NCBI RefSeq assembly: GCF_035594765.1
Contig: NW_026943818.1
Span: forward strand, 30,625,559 to 30,689,558
Reading direction: 5' to 3'
From: Anolis carolinensis
Taxonomy: Eukaryota
DNA: 64,000 nt
Made by a program: the position numbers and the translations under genes. Shown here in pieces: positions 33,040 to 46,625 of this stretch (positions within the stretch are counted from its first letter, which is position 1; each line of letters begins with the position of its first letter). Below the pieces are notes generated by a model. That model was not told the DNA's origin. It did no database searches and saw nothing but the letters and a program-made list of their open reading frames with translations.

Positions 33040-34800
33040 AGGTGAAACCACCCTAAAATATAGCAGGGCAGCCAAAAACAACAGGATACTAAGCGTTGGG
33101 CATTCAGCTCACAGCAAGCAGAGTGTGAAGCGCCGTGTGGCTGAAAAGAATTCAGAGATTAGGAGGCAAAGATGTAGAGATCTATCTTAAAAATGGAACA
33201 AGGGTTAGGGCCCCCTAGCATCTAAAAACAAAGAGGATACTAAAAGTTGGGCATTCAGCTCACAGAAAGCAGAGCGTGAAGCGCCGTGTGGCTGAAAAGA
33301 ATTCAGAGATCTATCTTAGGGCCCACACGCACCCTGGCTGCTAGGTGAAACCACCCTAAGATATAGCAGGGCATCCAAAAAGAACAGGATACTAAGCGTT
33401 GGGCATTCAGCTCACAGCAAGCAGAGCGAGAAGTGCCGTGTGGCTGAAAAGAATTCAGAGCTTGAGATCCAGAGTCCAGTTTTAAAAACAGAACGAGGGT
33501 TAGGGCCCATACATACGCCAGCTGTTTGGGAAAACTACCCTACGATATAGCAGAGCATCCAAATCGAGCATTCAGCTCACAGCAAGCAGAGCGTGAAGTG
33601 CCGTGTGGCTGAAAAGAATTTAGAGATTAGGAGGCAAAAATGCAGAGATCTATCTTAGGGCCCACACACACACCCCGGCTGCTAGGTGAAACCACCCTAG
33701 CATCTAAAAACAAAGAGGATACTAAAAGTTGGACATTCAGCTCACAGAAAGCAGAGCGTGAAGTGCCGTGTGGCTGAAAAGAATTCAGAGCTTGAGATCC
33801 AGAGTCCAATTTTAAAAACAGAATGAGAGTTAGGGCCCACACATGTGCCGGCTGTTAGGGAAAACTACCCTAAAATATAACAGAGCATCCAAAAATAAAC
33901 AGGATACCGAAAGTTGAGCATTCAGCTTACATCAAGCAGAGCATGAAATGCCATGTGTCTGTAAAGAATTCAGATCTTGAGATCCAGAGTCCAATCTTAA
34001 AAATGGAACGAGGGTTAGGGTTCACACACACACAACTACCCTACAATATAGCAGAGCATCCAAAAACAAAACAGGATACTATTGTTGGGCATTCAGCTCA
34101 CAGCAAGTAGAGCGTGAAGTGCCATGTGGCTGTCAAGAATTTTAGAGCTTGAGAACCAGAGTCCTATCTTAAAAAGGGAACGAAGGTCAGGGCCCACAGA
34201 CACACAACTATCCTACAATATAGCAGAGCATCCAAAAACAAACAGGATACTATTGTTGGGCATTCAGCTCACAGCAAGTAGAGCGTGAAGTGCCATGTGG
34301 CTGTCAAGAATTTTAGAGCTTGAGAACCAATCTTAAAAATGGAACGAGGGTCAGGGCCCACAGAGACAAACTATGCTACAAAATAGCAGAGCATCCAAAA
34401 TAAACAGGATACCGAAAGTTGAGCATTCCGCTCACAGCAAGCGGAGCGTGAAGTGCCGTGTGGCTGCAAATAATTCAGATCTTAAAATCCAGAGTCCAAT
34501 CTTAAAAACGGAACAAGGGTTAGGTCCCACACACTCACAACTATCCTACAATATAGCAGAGCATCCAAAAACAAACAGGATACTACTGTTGGTCATTCAG
34601 CTCACAGCAAGCAGAGCATGAAGTGCCGTGTGGCTGCAAATAATTCAGAGCTTAAAATCCAGAGTCCAATCTTAAAAACGGAATGAGGGTTAGGCCCACA
34701 CATACACATACCCTACAGTCTAGCAGAGCATCCCCCCAAAAAAGAAGAATACTATTGTTGGGCATTCAGCTCACAGCAAGCAGTGGCTGCAAGGAATTCA
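33040..34800. repeat. Complex tandem repeat (~150-190-bp units, about 11 copies) downstream of the LINGO3 stop
   Basis: Recurrent GCATTCAGCTCACAGCAAGCAGAGCGTGAAGTGCCGTGTGGCTG core. Confidence 0.9.
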
Positions 34801-35379
34801 GAGTTTAGGAGAATGTAGTACTCGTTCTACACAAACTGTTCCTTGTTGAGGACTTGAGACTTGGGCGGCATGGGGTCGAACACCCAACGCCGGGCCCCCG
34901 GGACCCCCGTGGCGGGCCTTTGCACGCTCCCTCCGTGCCCGACGACGACCCCTGTCGCCCTCCCTCCTCCCCGGTATTTCGGATCCACTATGCAATGCGG
35001 GGAAGGGGGTCCGTCTTTGTAAGACCCTTCTGTTTTTAGACCCTTTTTGTAGCCGCGGGGGGGGGGGGTGTCTTTCCCATTGTGCCCCCTTTTTTCCCAT
35101 TTGTTGCATCCGTTTCCCCCCCTGAGACCCCGTTCTCTGTGTGGGATGAGGAGGAGGAGCGCATTGTGTACGTTCCGGCGCATGGGGATCCTCCTCGTCA
35201 CAGAGCCCGCCCCCTATTTTGTATGTTCTGGCGCATGAACAATACACGGACACGTCTCCATCCCGCGTGTTTCCGTCTCCTGTGTGGCCTTTCTTGGGAT
35301 CTAGGGAGAGAAATATATATATATATATGTGTGTGTGTATGTGTGTGTATAGGATCCTCTTCTTCCCTCTTCTCCTAAT

Positions 35380-36830
35380 ATTATATTATTTTTAAAATAT
35401 TTTATTAATATTTTGTTATTACTAAGCGTATTTTATTAAATCATTATCAAATAATGATTATTTTAAATATTGTATTATATTATTGTTGTAATATTATGTT
35501 ATTATATATTAACTATATTATAATCTTATTATTTTATTAATATTTTGTTTTTACTAAGCATATTTTATTAAATTAATATATATATACTATTTTAAATATT
35601 GCTATATTATTGCTGCAATATTATTATATTTTAACAATATATTATAATCTTATTATTTTATTAATATTTTGTTTTTACTAAGCATATTTTATTAAATTAA
35701 TATATATATACTATTTTAAATATTGCTATATTATTGCTGCAATATTATTATATTTTAACAATATATTATATTCTTATTATTTTATTAATATTTTGTTATT
35801 ACTAATCATATTTTATTAAATTATTATCATATATATATACTATTTTAAATATTGCTATATTATTGCTGCAATATTATTATATTTTAACAATATATTATAA
35901 TCTTATTATTTTATTAATATTTTGTTATTACTAAGCATATTTTATATTATTATCATATATATATATATTATTTTAAATATTGCTATATTATTGCTGCAAT
36001 ATTATTATATTTTAACAATATATTATAATCTTATTATTTTATTAATATGTTATTACTAAGCATATTTTATTAAATTATTATCATATATATTATAATGATT
36101 ATATATTATTTTAAATATTGCATTATATTATTGTTTAATATTATATTATATATTAACAAAATATTATAATCTTATTATTTTATTTTGTTATTAGTAAGCA
36201 CCATATTTTATTAAATTATATGTTATACATATAATGAGTATGTATAATATTAAATATTGTATTATTATATTATTGTAATATTATATTATACATTAACCAT
36301 ATATTTTAATACTTTTTATTATTAATTTACTAATTTTATAATGCTGCTATTATTGTAATATTATTATACATTAACAATGTATTTTAATACTTTTTATTAC
36401 ATTAATTTTAGAATATAGTTAAAATATTATCATAGTAATATACTATATTAATGTATTTTAATACTTTTTATTATTAATTTACTAATTTTATAATGCTATT
36501 ATTATTGTAATATTATTATACATTGACAATGTATTTTAATACTTTTTATTACATTAATTTTAGAATATAGTTAAAATATTATCATAGTAATATACTATAT
36601 TAATATATTATACTTTTTATTACATTAATTTTAGAATATATTTAAAATATTATTATTGTAATATTATATATTAACACTATATTTTGATATCATATTGTTT
36701 AATTATCCTATCAATATTGCATTATATTATTTTTAAAATATTTTATTATTGTTTTATTATTACTATCATCATATTTTATATTATTATTAATATTATATAT
36801 AATATTTATTATTATTTATACTATTTAAAC
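35380..36830. repeat. Extremely AT-rich tandem/low-complexity tract
   Basis: Repeated ~120-bp AT-rich units. Confidence 0.8.
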
Positions 36831-36859
36831 CCCCATTGTCCTAAGGGAACAGCTGTGTG

Positions 36860-37082
36860 GGAGGAGTTGGGGGCGGGGCCGGCCTGCCTGTCACACCCGT
36901 TAGCCCCGCCTCCTGCTGTGGGCCCTCAGATGAGCCTCAGAACTCCATTTCCCAGAGTTCTCTTCCATTGGTCGCGCTGGGCGGGGCTTCTGGGAAAGCG
37001 AGGCGTCCAAAGGGCGGGCGGGTGAAGGCTCCTCCCCTTTGTGGGCGTGGCTGCCGAGGTGCCATTTTCCCCTCAGAGAGCC
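36860..37082 (+). promoter_or_regulatory. GC-box promoter region of LMNB2
   Basis: GGGGCGGGGC, GCCCCGCC and GGGCGGGG boxes plus an inverted CCAAT (ATTGG near 36967) upstream of the ATG. Confidence 0.5.
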
Positions 37083-38645
37083 ATGTCTCGTCCGGCGCGG
37101 CTCCGTCTCCGCGAGGGCGAGAAGGCCGAGCTGCGCCTCCTCAACGACCGCCTCGCCAACTACATCGAGCGCGTCCAGGCCCTGGAGCTCCAGAACGGGC
37201 GCCTCCTCCTCCGCGTCTCCCACGAGGAGAACGAGGAGCAGCGGCAGAAGCAGCCCGGCGAGGCCCGAGGCCTGCACGGCGCCCACCAGGCCCGGCGAGA
37301 GGATCACGACAGCGCCGCTAACCGCCTCCTCCGAGAAAAGGCCGCGACCCTGCGCGCGCAGATCGAGCAGACCGAGAGCAGGTGGGCGGGGCCACGGGGA
37401 AGGGGGCGGGGCCGCCGCCAACCGCCTTCTCGCTAGTCTAGGCCTCAAAACGGCGGGGGGCGGGGTCATGCAAATAAGAGGGCCTTGGCTCTCGGCGGGC
37501 TTCCCTGTGCGTTGGGTCTCAATACAAATGGAGGGGCGGGGCCAGGCAAATAAAGGGTCTCAATACTAAAAGAAGGGGCGTGACCAAGCTGACAGTGGGA
37601 GGGGCCAGGCAAATAAGGGGCGGGGCCACGGCCTCCCCTTGGCTCTAGGCAGGCTTCCCTGTACATTGGGTCTCAATACTAAAAGGAGGGGCGTGACCAA
37701 GCTGGCAGTGGGAGGGGCCAGGCAAATAAGGGGCGGGGCCACGGCCTCCCCTTGGCTCTAGGCAGGCTTCCCTGTACATTGGGTCTCAATACTAAAAGGA
37801 GGGGCGTGACCAAGCTGACAGTGGGAGGGGCCAGGCAAATAAGGGGCGGGGCCACGGCCTCCCCTTGGCTCTAGGCAGGCTTCCCTGTACATTGGGTCTC
37901 AATACTAAAAGGAGGGGCGTGACCAAGCTGGCAGTGGGAGGGGCCAGGCAAATAAGGGGCGGGGCCACGGCCTCCCCTTGGCTCTAGGCAGGCTTCCCTG
38001 TACATTGGGTCTCAATACTAAAAGGAGGGGCGTGACCAAGCTGGCAGTGGGAGGGGCCAGGCAAATAAGGGGCGGGGCCACGGCCTCCCCTTGGCTCTAG
38101 GCAGGCTTCCCTGTACATTGGGTCTCAATACTAAAAGGAGGGGCGTGACCAAGCTGACAGTGGGAGGGGCCAGGCAAATAAGGGGCGGGGCCACGGCCTC
38201 CCCTTGGCTCTAGGCAGGCTTCCCTGTACATTGGGTCTCAATACTAAAAGGAGGGGCGTGACCAAGCTGGCAGTGGGAGGGGCCACGGCCTCCCCTTGGC
38301 GCTAGGCCGGCTTCCCTGTACATTGGGTCTCAATACTAAAAGGAGGGGCGTGGCCATGGAGAAGAGGCGGAGCCAAGCTACCACTGGGAGGGGCCAAGGC
38401 CTCCCCTTTGCTCTAGGCAGGCTTCTCGATACAAAAAGCAGTGGGCGTGGCCATGGAGAAGAGGCGTGGCCACGCAGGCAGTGGGTGGGGCTCTATTAAT
38501 ATTTTAAATGTTGTATTGTGACTCCAGGCGGGGCTCTATTATTATTATTATTATTATTATTATTTTGTTGTATTGTGACTCTAGCCTGGGCTCTATTATT
38601 ATAATATATAATAATGTTGTTGTTTTGTGACTCCAGGCAGGGCTC

Positions 38646-38688
<43 letters not shown>

Positions 38689-38879
38689 TTGTAGGCAGTG
38701 CTCTATTATTATTATTGATAATAATATTAATGTTGTATTGTGACTCCAGGCAGAGCTCTATTATTATTATTATTATTATTTTGTTTTGTGACTCTAGGCT
38801 GGGCTCTATTATTATTATTATTGATAATAATAATAATGTTGTATTGTGACTCCAGGCAGGGCTCTATTATTATTATTAT

Positions 38880-38917
<38 letters not shown>

Positions 38918-39134
38918 TTTTGTTGTATTGTGACCCTAGGCAGGGCTCTATTATTATTATTATTGATAATAATAATAATATTAATGTTGTTTTGTGACTC
39001 CAGGCAGGGCTCTATTATTATTCTTATTATTATTAGTATTATTATTATTTTGTTATATTGTGACTCTAGGCAGGGCTCTATTATTATTATTGATAATAAT
39101 AATAATGTTGTTGTATTGTGACTCCAGGCAGGGC

Positions 39135-39197
<63 letters not shown>

Positions 39198-42100
39198 TTG
39201 TATTGTGACTCTAGGCAGGGCTCTATTATTATTATTAATAATAATAATAATAATGTTGTATTGTGACTCCAGGCAGGGCTCTATTATTAATATTAATATT
39301 AATAATAATGTTGTTGTTGTCTTGTGACTCTAGGCTGTAGGGCTCTATTCTTATGGTTATTATATTTTTATTATTATTATTTTATTATAATGATGCTGAG
39401 GTTGTGTTTACTGGTCTTTGCACCTCTCCCCGTGTCGCGGCGTGTATGGCGGAGGCGTGTGTCAGTGGCGTGTTTGCGTGTCTTTCAGCCTGAAGAAGAA
39501 GGAGGGGGAGTGTGTGTGGTGGCGTTCCCGTGCGCAGGAGCTGGAGGGTCTTCTGCGGGGCCGCGAGGGGGACCTGGCCATGGCCCTGGCCCGGAAGAGG
39601 GACCTGGAGGCCGAGGTGGACGCCCTGCGCACCCGCCTGGCACAGGTAAGGCCTCCCAGGGGAGCCCCGGGCCGGCCGGGCTGGCTTCTCCCTCCCGGGT
39701 CCGTCCCCTGACGGGTCCCCCTTGGGTGTGTTTGCAGTCGGAGGAGTCCCAGGCGGTGGCCAAGCGGCAGCTGGAGGCGGAGACGCTCCTGCGGGTGGAC
39801 CTGGAGAACCGGAACATGAGCCTCCGGGAGGAGATGGACTTCCAGAAGAGCCTCTTCCAGCAGGTAGGCCAGGTAGACACACACACACACACATATACTA
39901 TATACACATACCATATATATATACATACTATATATGCATGCATGTACTATATAGACACACATACAATATATACACCTACAATATATATATATATATATAT
40001 TCAAACTTATATGCCGCCACTCCCCTAGGGCTCGGAGCGGCTTACAGGAACCGGCTAAAATCAACAATTTAAAAAACATCTTAAAAACAACCTAAAAGCA
40101 CCTTTTAAAACATCAACAGCAGAACTCAAAAGCATGTACTATATATACACACATATATTATATACACATATAATATATATATGCATGTGCTGTATATACA
40201 CACATATACTATATACACATTCAATATATATATGCATGTACTATATATGCACACAAATACTATATACACATACAATATATATATATATATATGCATGTAC
40301 TATATATATATATATTATGTACACATACAATATATGCATGTGCTGTATATGCACACATATATAATTTACACATACAATATGCATGTACTGTATATACACA
40401 CATATACTATATATACACACATACTACACATACATATATAACGCACATGTATACACACATATACTATATATCTATGCACATATACGTATATACACACATA
40501 TACTGTATGCATGCATATCTAAAAGATATATGCAAATATACTATATATGCATATACATACACATGTATTTACACACACATACTATATACACACACATATA
40601 TACACTCACATGTATACATGCACATTTATACACACGTATACTATATATACCCACATACTATTTACATACACATATATACATGCACATGTATACACACATA
40701 ATATATATACACTATATACAGACATACTATATATATATATACACATAATATACACGCATATGCAATATATATATGTATGTGTGTGTGTGTACAGGCTCAT
40801 ATTTACTACCTATATATGTACACACACACTTCCTCTTCCTCAGGAAGTGTGCCAGCGAAAACCTTTACCTTTTATATATATATATATACAGTAGAGTCTC
40901 ACTTATCCAACATAAACGGGCCGGCAGAACGTTGGATAAGCGAATATGTTGGATAATGAGGAATTAAGGATAACCCTATTAAACATCAAATTAAGTTATG
41001 ATTTTACAAATTAAGCACCAAAACATCATGTTAGACAACAAATTTGTCAGAAAAAGTAGTTCAGTACACAGTAATGCTATATAGTAATTACTGTATTTAT
41101 GAATTTAGCACCAAAATATCACGATATATTGAAAGCATTGACTACAAAAATGCGTTGGATAATCCAGAACGTTGGATAAGCGAGTGTTGGATAAGTGAGA
41201 CTCTACTGTATATATATATATATACACACACAGGCTCATATTTACTACCTGTATATGTACACAGGAAGTGCGGCAGCGGGAGGAGCGCCCCCTGGTGGCG
41301 GACCCTGGCCCTGCCCAGAAGGAGGCTCCGCCGCCCGTGCCGTTGTCCGAGGCCTTGGAGGATCTCCGCCGGCAGCACCAGGCGCAAGTGGAGCTCTACC
41401 GGGAGGAAGTGGAGCAGGCCTACCGGGCCAAGGTCTGCGCCTGGGCCGAGGGGAGGGGCCGGGGAGGCGGGACTTCCTGCCTGGGGTGGGACCCGCCACT
41501 CACCCGCCTCCTCCTTCACCTCCGTGCCCAGCTGGAGAGCGCCCGGCTGTGCTGCGACCAGCGCGGGAAGGCGGCGGGGGCGGCCGAGGAGGAGCTGGCA
41601 GAGGCGCGCCTGCGCATCCGGTCCCTGGGGGAGCAGCTCCGGGCCCTGCAGGAGAGGGCGGCCGCGGCCGAGGAGCGTCTGCGGGAGGCGGAGGGCCGGC
41701 TGAGCGCGGAGCGGGAGGCCTTCCGTGCGGCGCTGGAGGCCCAGGAGCGCGAGGGGCGGGAGATGCGGGCGCAGCGGGAGCAGCAGCTGGGACAGTACCA
41801 GGACCTGCTGGACGTCAAGCTGGCCCTCGACAGGGAGATCGGCGCCTACCGGAAGCTGCTGGAGGGGGAGGAGCAGAGGTAGGGGAGCTACGAAAGGGCG
41901 GAACACAAAAGGGAGTCCGGTGCCTGAGCAGGCTCACAGGCAGACTGACCACAAAAGGGAGTCCTGTGCCCGAACAGGCTCACAGGCAGACTGACCACAA
42001 AAGGGAGTCCGGTGCCTGAGCAGGCTCACAGGCAGACTGACCACAAAAGGGAGTCCTGTGCCCGAACAGGCTCAGTACAGAGATACGAGAGGAAGGGAGG

Positions 42101-42494
42101 GACCCCGATGGAGTCCACCTCCACTGAGGTGTACAACAAACATGTATCCACCTCCACCGGGGTGTACAACAGGCAGACCACAAAAGGGTGTCCTGTGCCC
42201 GAACGTGCTCAGTCCCATCCCCTTCCTTCCAGGCTGAAGCTCTCCCCGAGCCCGGCCCGCCTCACGGTCTCCCGGGCCACGTCCTCCTCTTCCTCCTCCT
42301 CCTCTTGGCGGGGGAAGCGCAAGCGCCGGGAGGAGCTCCCCAGTGAGACCAGTCCTGCCACCAGTGCCTCCCAGACGGACTCAGCCCCAGGCAGCAACAT
42401 CCACATCGAGGAGGTTGACCCACAAGGGACGTTCGTCCGGCTGCGGAACCGCTCCCACCAGGTGAGGCCGTTAGGAATAATAATAATAATAATA

Positions 42495-42527
<33 letters not shown>

Positions 42528-44686
42528 TATTTATTTATTGCATGTGTTACATGTTTCATAATTTTTATTAGATATGTTGTGAGATAGAAATAATAATATA
42601 ATTATACTTGCTGTGTTGTTGTCTGGTGGTGTTGGTGAGAAATGGTTGAGGTCGTGGTGGTATTGAATGTCTATTGTATGGTTGTCTTTATGTTTAGAAT
42701 GCATTTGGTTGTTTGTGTCCTGGGAAAGTGGTGAGGATAGAGGACACTGTTTATGTTGGGTTAGTGAGACTCTACTGTATATTTGTAATCTTATATTATC
42801 TGCCTAGAACTGCCCCGTCTACACAGCTGTATAAAATGCACAGTGAAGCGTATTATATGGCAGTGTGGAGTCAAGATAATCCAGTTCAGAGCAGATAATA
42901 TGAGATTATAAATGGGTTATACAGCTGTGTGGAAGGGCCTTGAGTCTACACTGCCATATCATCCAGTTCAAAGCAGATAATCTGTATCTTATAGGCAGTG
43001 TGGAAGAGGCCTGAGGCCTAACTGTGCCTGTTTCCTGGACTGAGTAGGTTGCTAGGAGACCAAGTGGGCGGAGCTTAGCCCTCTAACTGGCAGCAATGGG
43101 ATAAAAACAATTATTCCTTTCCCTCTAATTAGGACTTTATTTTTCTTTTCTTTTTGTTGTATCAACCTAGAGGCGTGGATGACGGGTTGTGTTGTCAAAT
43201 TTCGAGGTTGTCCGCTGCCCTGATGCCATCACTCTTTTATATATAGATAGAATAATAATGAGAGGTTTGCACAGGAAAGAGTAATTCCCCGGGCGTGACC
43301 ACATGTCCATCAGAACTGTATTTCTCCCTGGATTCAATGTCGGACAGACCTGCTTCCACTTCCACCGAGGTGTAGGACAGACATTGCATGAAGGCATGAG
43401 ACAGGGCTGATGCCCGACGTGCCTCCACCTCCACCGGGGTGAGGCTGAGGGATTTCCGTCTCAGAGGGGCTGTGCTTCCTCCCCGCAGGACGTGTCTCTG
43501 GGGAACTGGAGGCTGAAGAAGGTGGGCGGAGAGCGGGGAGAGGCCGCCACCGCCGACGCCTACAAGTTTGGGCCCCGATTGGTGCTCCGGGCGGGGCAGA
43601 GCGTCACGGTGAGTGGAGAGACAAGGAAACTTCCTCTGGGGAGCATGCTCAGCATCAGGGTGGTGGTGGTCATGAGTGTCCCCTCCGTGTCCGCAGGTGT
43701 GGTCAAGCGATGCCGGGGGCCCCCCACACCCGCCCGGGGCCCTGGTCTGGAGGGGCCGCAGCCGCCCCTGGGGCCCCGGGGACTCCGCCCGCCTGCTCCT
43801 CACCAACACCCACGGACAGGTAGGACCATACATAGACACATCTCCTATCTAGGTGTCTATATTGCCTTTGACCATATCTATCTATCTATCTGTCCACACA
43901 CATTATTTCATATCCATCTATCTATCTATATTGCCTTCATATATGTATATGTAATACATATGGATGTGTATTATATATACATACTAGCTGTGCCCGGCCA
44001 CGCGTTGCTGTGGCAAAGTGGTGGTGGTATTGGTTAAAAATTGTTGTGTCATTTTTATTTGACGTTATTTGCAATTTTTTATTAATTTTATTGTAAGTTA
44101 TATTTTTATTTATTATATTGTATTATTTTTAGGTATTTTCATTTATTATAGTATTTTATTGTATTAATTTGTAGTGTTTTTTTATTATTTTTTATTGGGT
44201 TGCTAGGAGACCAAGTGGGAGGAGCTTAGCCTTCTAACTGGCAGCAATTGGATAAAAGCAATTATTTCTCTCCCTCTAATTAGGACTTTATTTTTCTTTT
44301 CTTTTTGTTGTATCAACCTAGAGGCATGGATGATGGGTTGTGTTGTCAAACTTTGAGGTTGGGGGCCTGTAGTTTTGTTGTTTTGTGGGTCACCGTGATG
44401 CCATCACTCTTTTATATATATAGATTTATCCTATCTATCACCATCCTATACATATCCTCCCAGGAAGTGGCCACAAGAAGCCTGTCCCCGGAAGAGGAAG
44501 AGGAAGAGGAAGGAGAGGAAGAGGAAGCCCAAGACTTTGGCCAGGAAGACCTCTTCCACCAACAGGTAGGATGTCTGTCCATCCATCTGTCCTTCCATTT
44601 CCACTTCCTCTTCCACTTCCTCTTCCTCTTCCTCTTCCTTTCAGGGAGACCCCCGGACCACCTCCAAAGGATGCGCCGTCATGTGA
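37083..44686 (+). CDS. LMNB2: B-type nuclear lamin, lamin B2 ortholog (divergent); about 570 aa, 10 exons
   Basis: Exons 37083-37381, 39489-39645, 39738-39863, 41265-41432, 41532-41878, 42233-42461, 43489-43608, 43697-43819, 44464-44565 and 44645-44686. LNDRLANYIERV and YRKLLEGEE IF consensus motifs, LKLSPSP, NLS KRKRR, Ig-fold tail, B2-specific end EDLFHQQGDPRTTSKG and CAAX CAVM. AATAAA at 44876-44881. Confidence 0.9.
37500..38400. repeat. 113-bp tandem array rich in GC/GT boxes in LMNB2 intron 1
   Basis: GGGTCTCAATAC at 37555, 37668, 37781, 37894, 38007, 38120 and 38233; each unit carries GGGGCGGGGC and GGGGCGTG. Confidence 0.92.
38500..39350. repeat. Tandem repeat TTGTGACT(C/T)(C/T)AGGCAGGGCTCT + (ATT)n
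   Basis: About 13 copies of a short GC core separated by variable TAT/AAT microsatellites. Confidence 0.85.
40889..41208. mobile_element. Tc1/mariner-type MITE in (TA)n, opposite internal orientation
   Basis: Same TIRs, TA flanks. Confidence 0.85.
42607..43247 (-). mobile_element. Helitron (degenerate 3' end)
   Basis: Homologous to 1337-1876 over most of its length. Confidence 0.7.
43984..44424 (-). mobile_element. Non-autonomous Helitron
   Basis: TC start, hairpin plus CTAG end; near-identical to 26656-27109. Confidence 0.82.
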
Positions 44687-44949
44687 CCAGAAAGGAAGAA
44701 GGACAAAAAGGAGTTGTAGTTTCCTCATCTTTCCCCATGTTTTTTAATGATAGATTATTATATTATTATTATTATTATTAGGAAATAATGACCTTGATAA
44801 CCATGTTGGGTTTTGTTGGGTTTTTTAGGCCGGAGCCTTGTTTTGTACGACACAAAGAATTATGATAATAATAATAATAAAAGGCTCTGTGTTTCTACTT
44901 GGTCTCTCGCGGCTTATTGAATCCATAATCATAATAAAATTATCATATA

Positions 44950-46137
44950 ATGATATAGTACAATAAGAATATTACTAATAATATTATCATATATTGATGT
45001 AGTACAATATAGTAATGTAATGCTTATATTGGGCTATGCTAATAATATATTGTATGTACAGTATATTGTATATACTTACAATATTGATAATACAATATTA
45101 TACTAATAACAATACAATATAATATTATTAATTATATATTAAATGTAATATTTATATTATGTATGTATGTACGGTATATTGTATATACTTATAATATTGA
45201 TAATATTATAATGTAATACAATATTATACTAATAACAGTACAATATAATAATATTAATGATATATATTAAATGTAATATGACTAATAATATTACCGTATA
45301 TTGATATAGTACAATATAGTAATTTAATGCTTATATTGGGCTATGCTAATAATATATTGTATGTACGGTATATTGTATATACTTACAATATTGATAATAA
45401 TATTATAATGTAATACAAAATTATACTAATAACAATACATTATAATATTAATTATATGTTATATATTAAATGTAATATTACTAATAATATTACCGTATAT
45501 TGATATAGTATAATATAGTAATTTAATGTTTATATTGGGCTATGCTAATAATATATTGTATGTACAGTATATTGTATATACTTTTAATATTGATAATAAT
45601 ATTATAATGTAATACAATATTATACTAATAACAATACAATATAATATTATTAATTCTATATTAAATGTAATATTGCTAATTATATTACCGCATATTGATA
45701 TAGTACAATATAGTAATTTAATGTTTATATTGGGCTATGCTAATAATGTATGTACGGTATATTGTATATACTTGTAATATTGATAATAATGTTATAATGT
45801 AATACAATATTATACTAATAACAATACAATATAATATTATTAATTCTATATTAAATGTAATATTGCTAATTATATTACCGCATATTGATATAGTACAATA
45901 TAGTAATTTAATGCTTATATTGGGCTATGCTAATAATGTATATACGGTATATTGTATATACTTGTAATATTGATAATAATGTTATAATGTAATACAATAT
46001 TATACTAATAACAATACAATATAATAATATTTATATATTATATATTAAATGTAATATTATTAATGATATTACCGTATATTGATATAGTACAATATAGTAA
46101 TTTAATGCTTATATTGGGCTATGCTAATAATATATTG
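44950..46137. repeat. AT-rich tandem repeat (~170-200-bp unit)
   Basis: Recurrent GATATAGTACAATATAGTAATTTAATGCTTATATTGGGCTATGCTAATAAT. Confidence 0.85.
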
Positions 46138-46625
46138 TAAAAATAATCAGGAAAATAATTTGCAAAAAATAATCAGGAAAATAATTTGCAAAAAATAATC
46201 ATGAAAATAATTTGCAAAAAATAATCAGGAAAATAATTTGCAAAAATGATCGGGAAAATAATTCGCAAAAAATCATCAGGAAAATAATTCGCAAAAATGA
46301 TCGGGAAAATAATTCGCAAAAATGATCAGGAAAATAATTTGCAAACAATAATCAGGAAAATAATTTGCAAAAAATAATCAGGAAAATAATTTGCAAAAAA
46401 TAATCAGGAAAATAATTTGCAAAAAAATAATCAGGAAAATAATTTGCAAAAATAATCAGGAAAATAATTTGCAAAAATAATCAGGAAAATAATTCGCAAA
46501 AATAATCAGGAAAATAATTTGCAAAAAATAATCAGGAAAATAATTTGCAAAAATAATCAGGAAAAAAATTGCAAAAAATAATCAGGAAAATAATTTGCAA
46601 AAAATGATCAAGAAAATAAATAATC
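46138..46625 (+). repeat. 25-26-bp A-tract satellite (AAAATAATCAGGAAAATAATTTGCA)
   Basis: About 19 copies; same family as 62611-64000. Confidence 0.92.

Noticed and set aside
30727-33081. 784-aa ORF antisense to LINGO3
   Set aside because: Shadow ORF expected from very high GC3 codon usage; runs into the minisatellite
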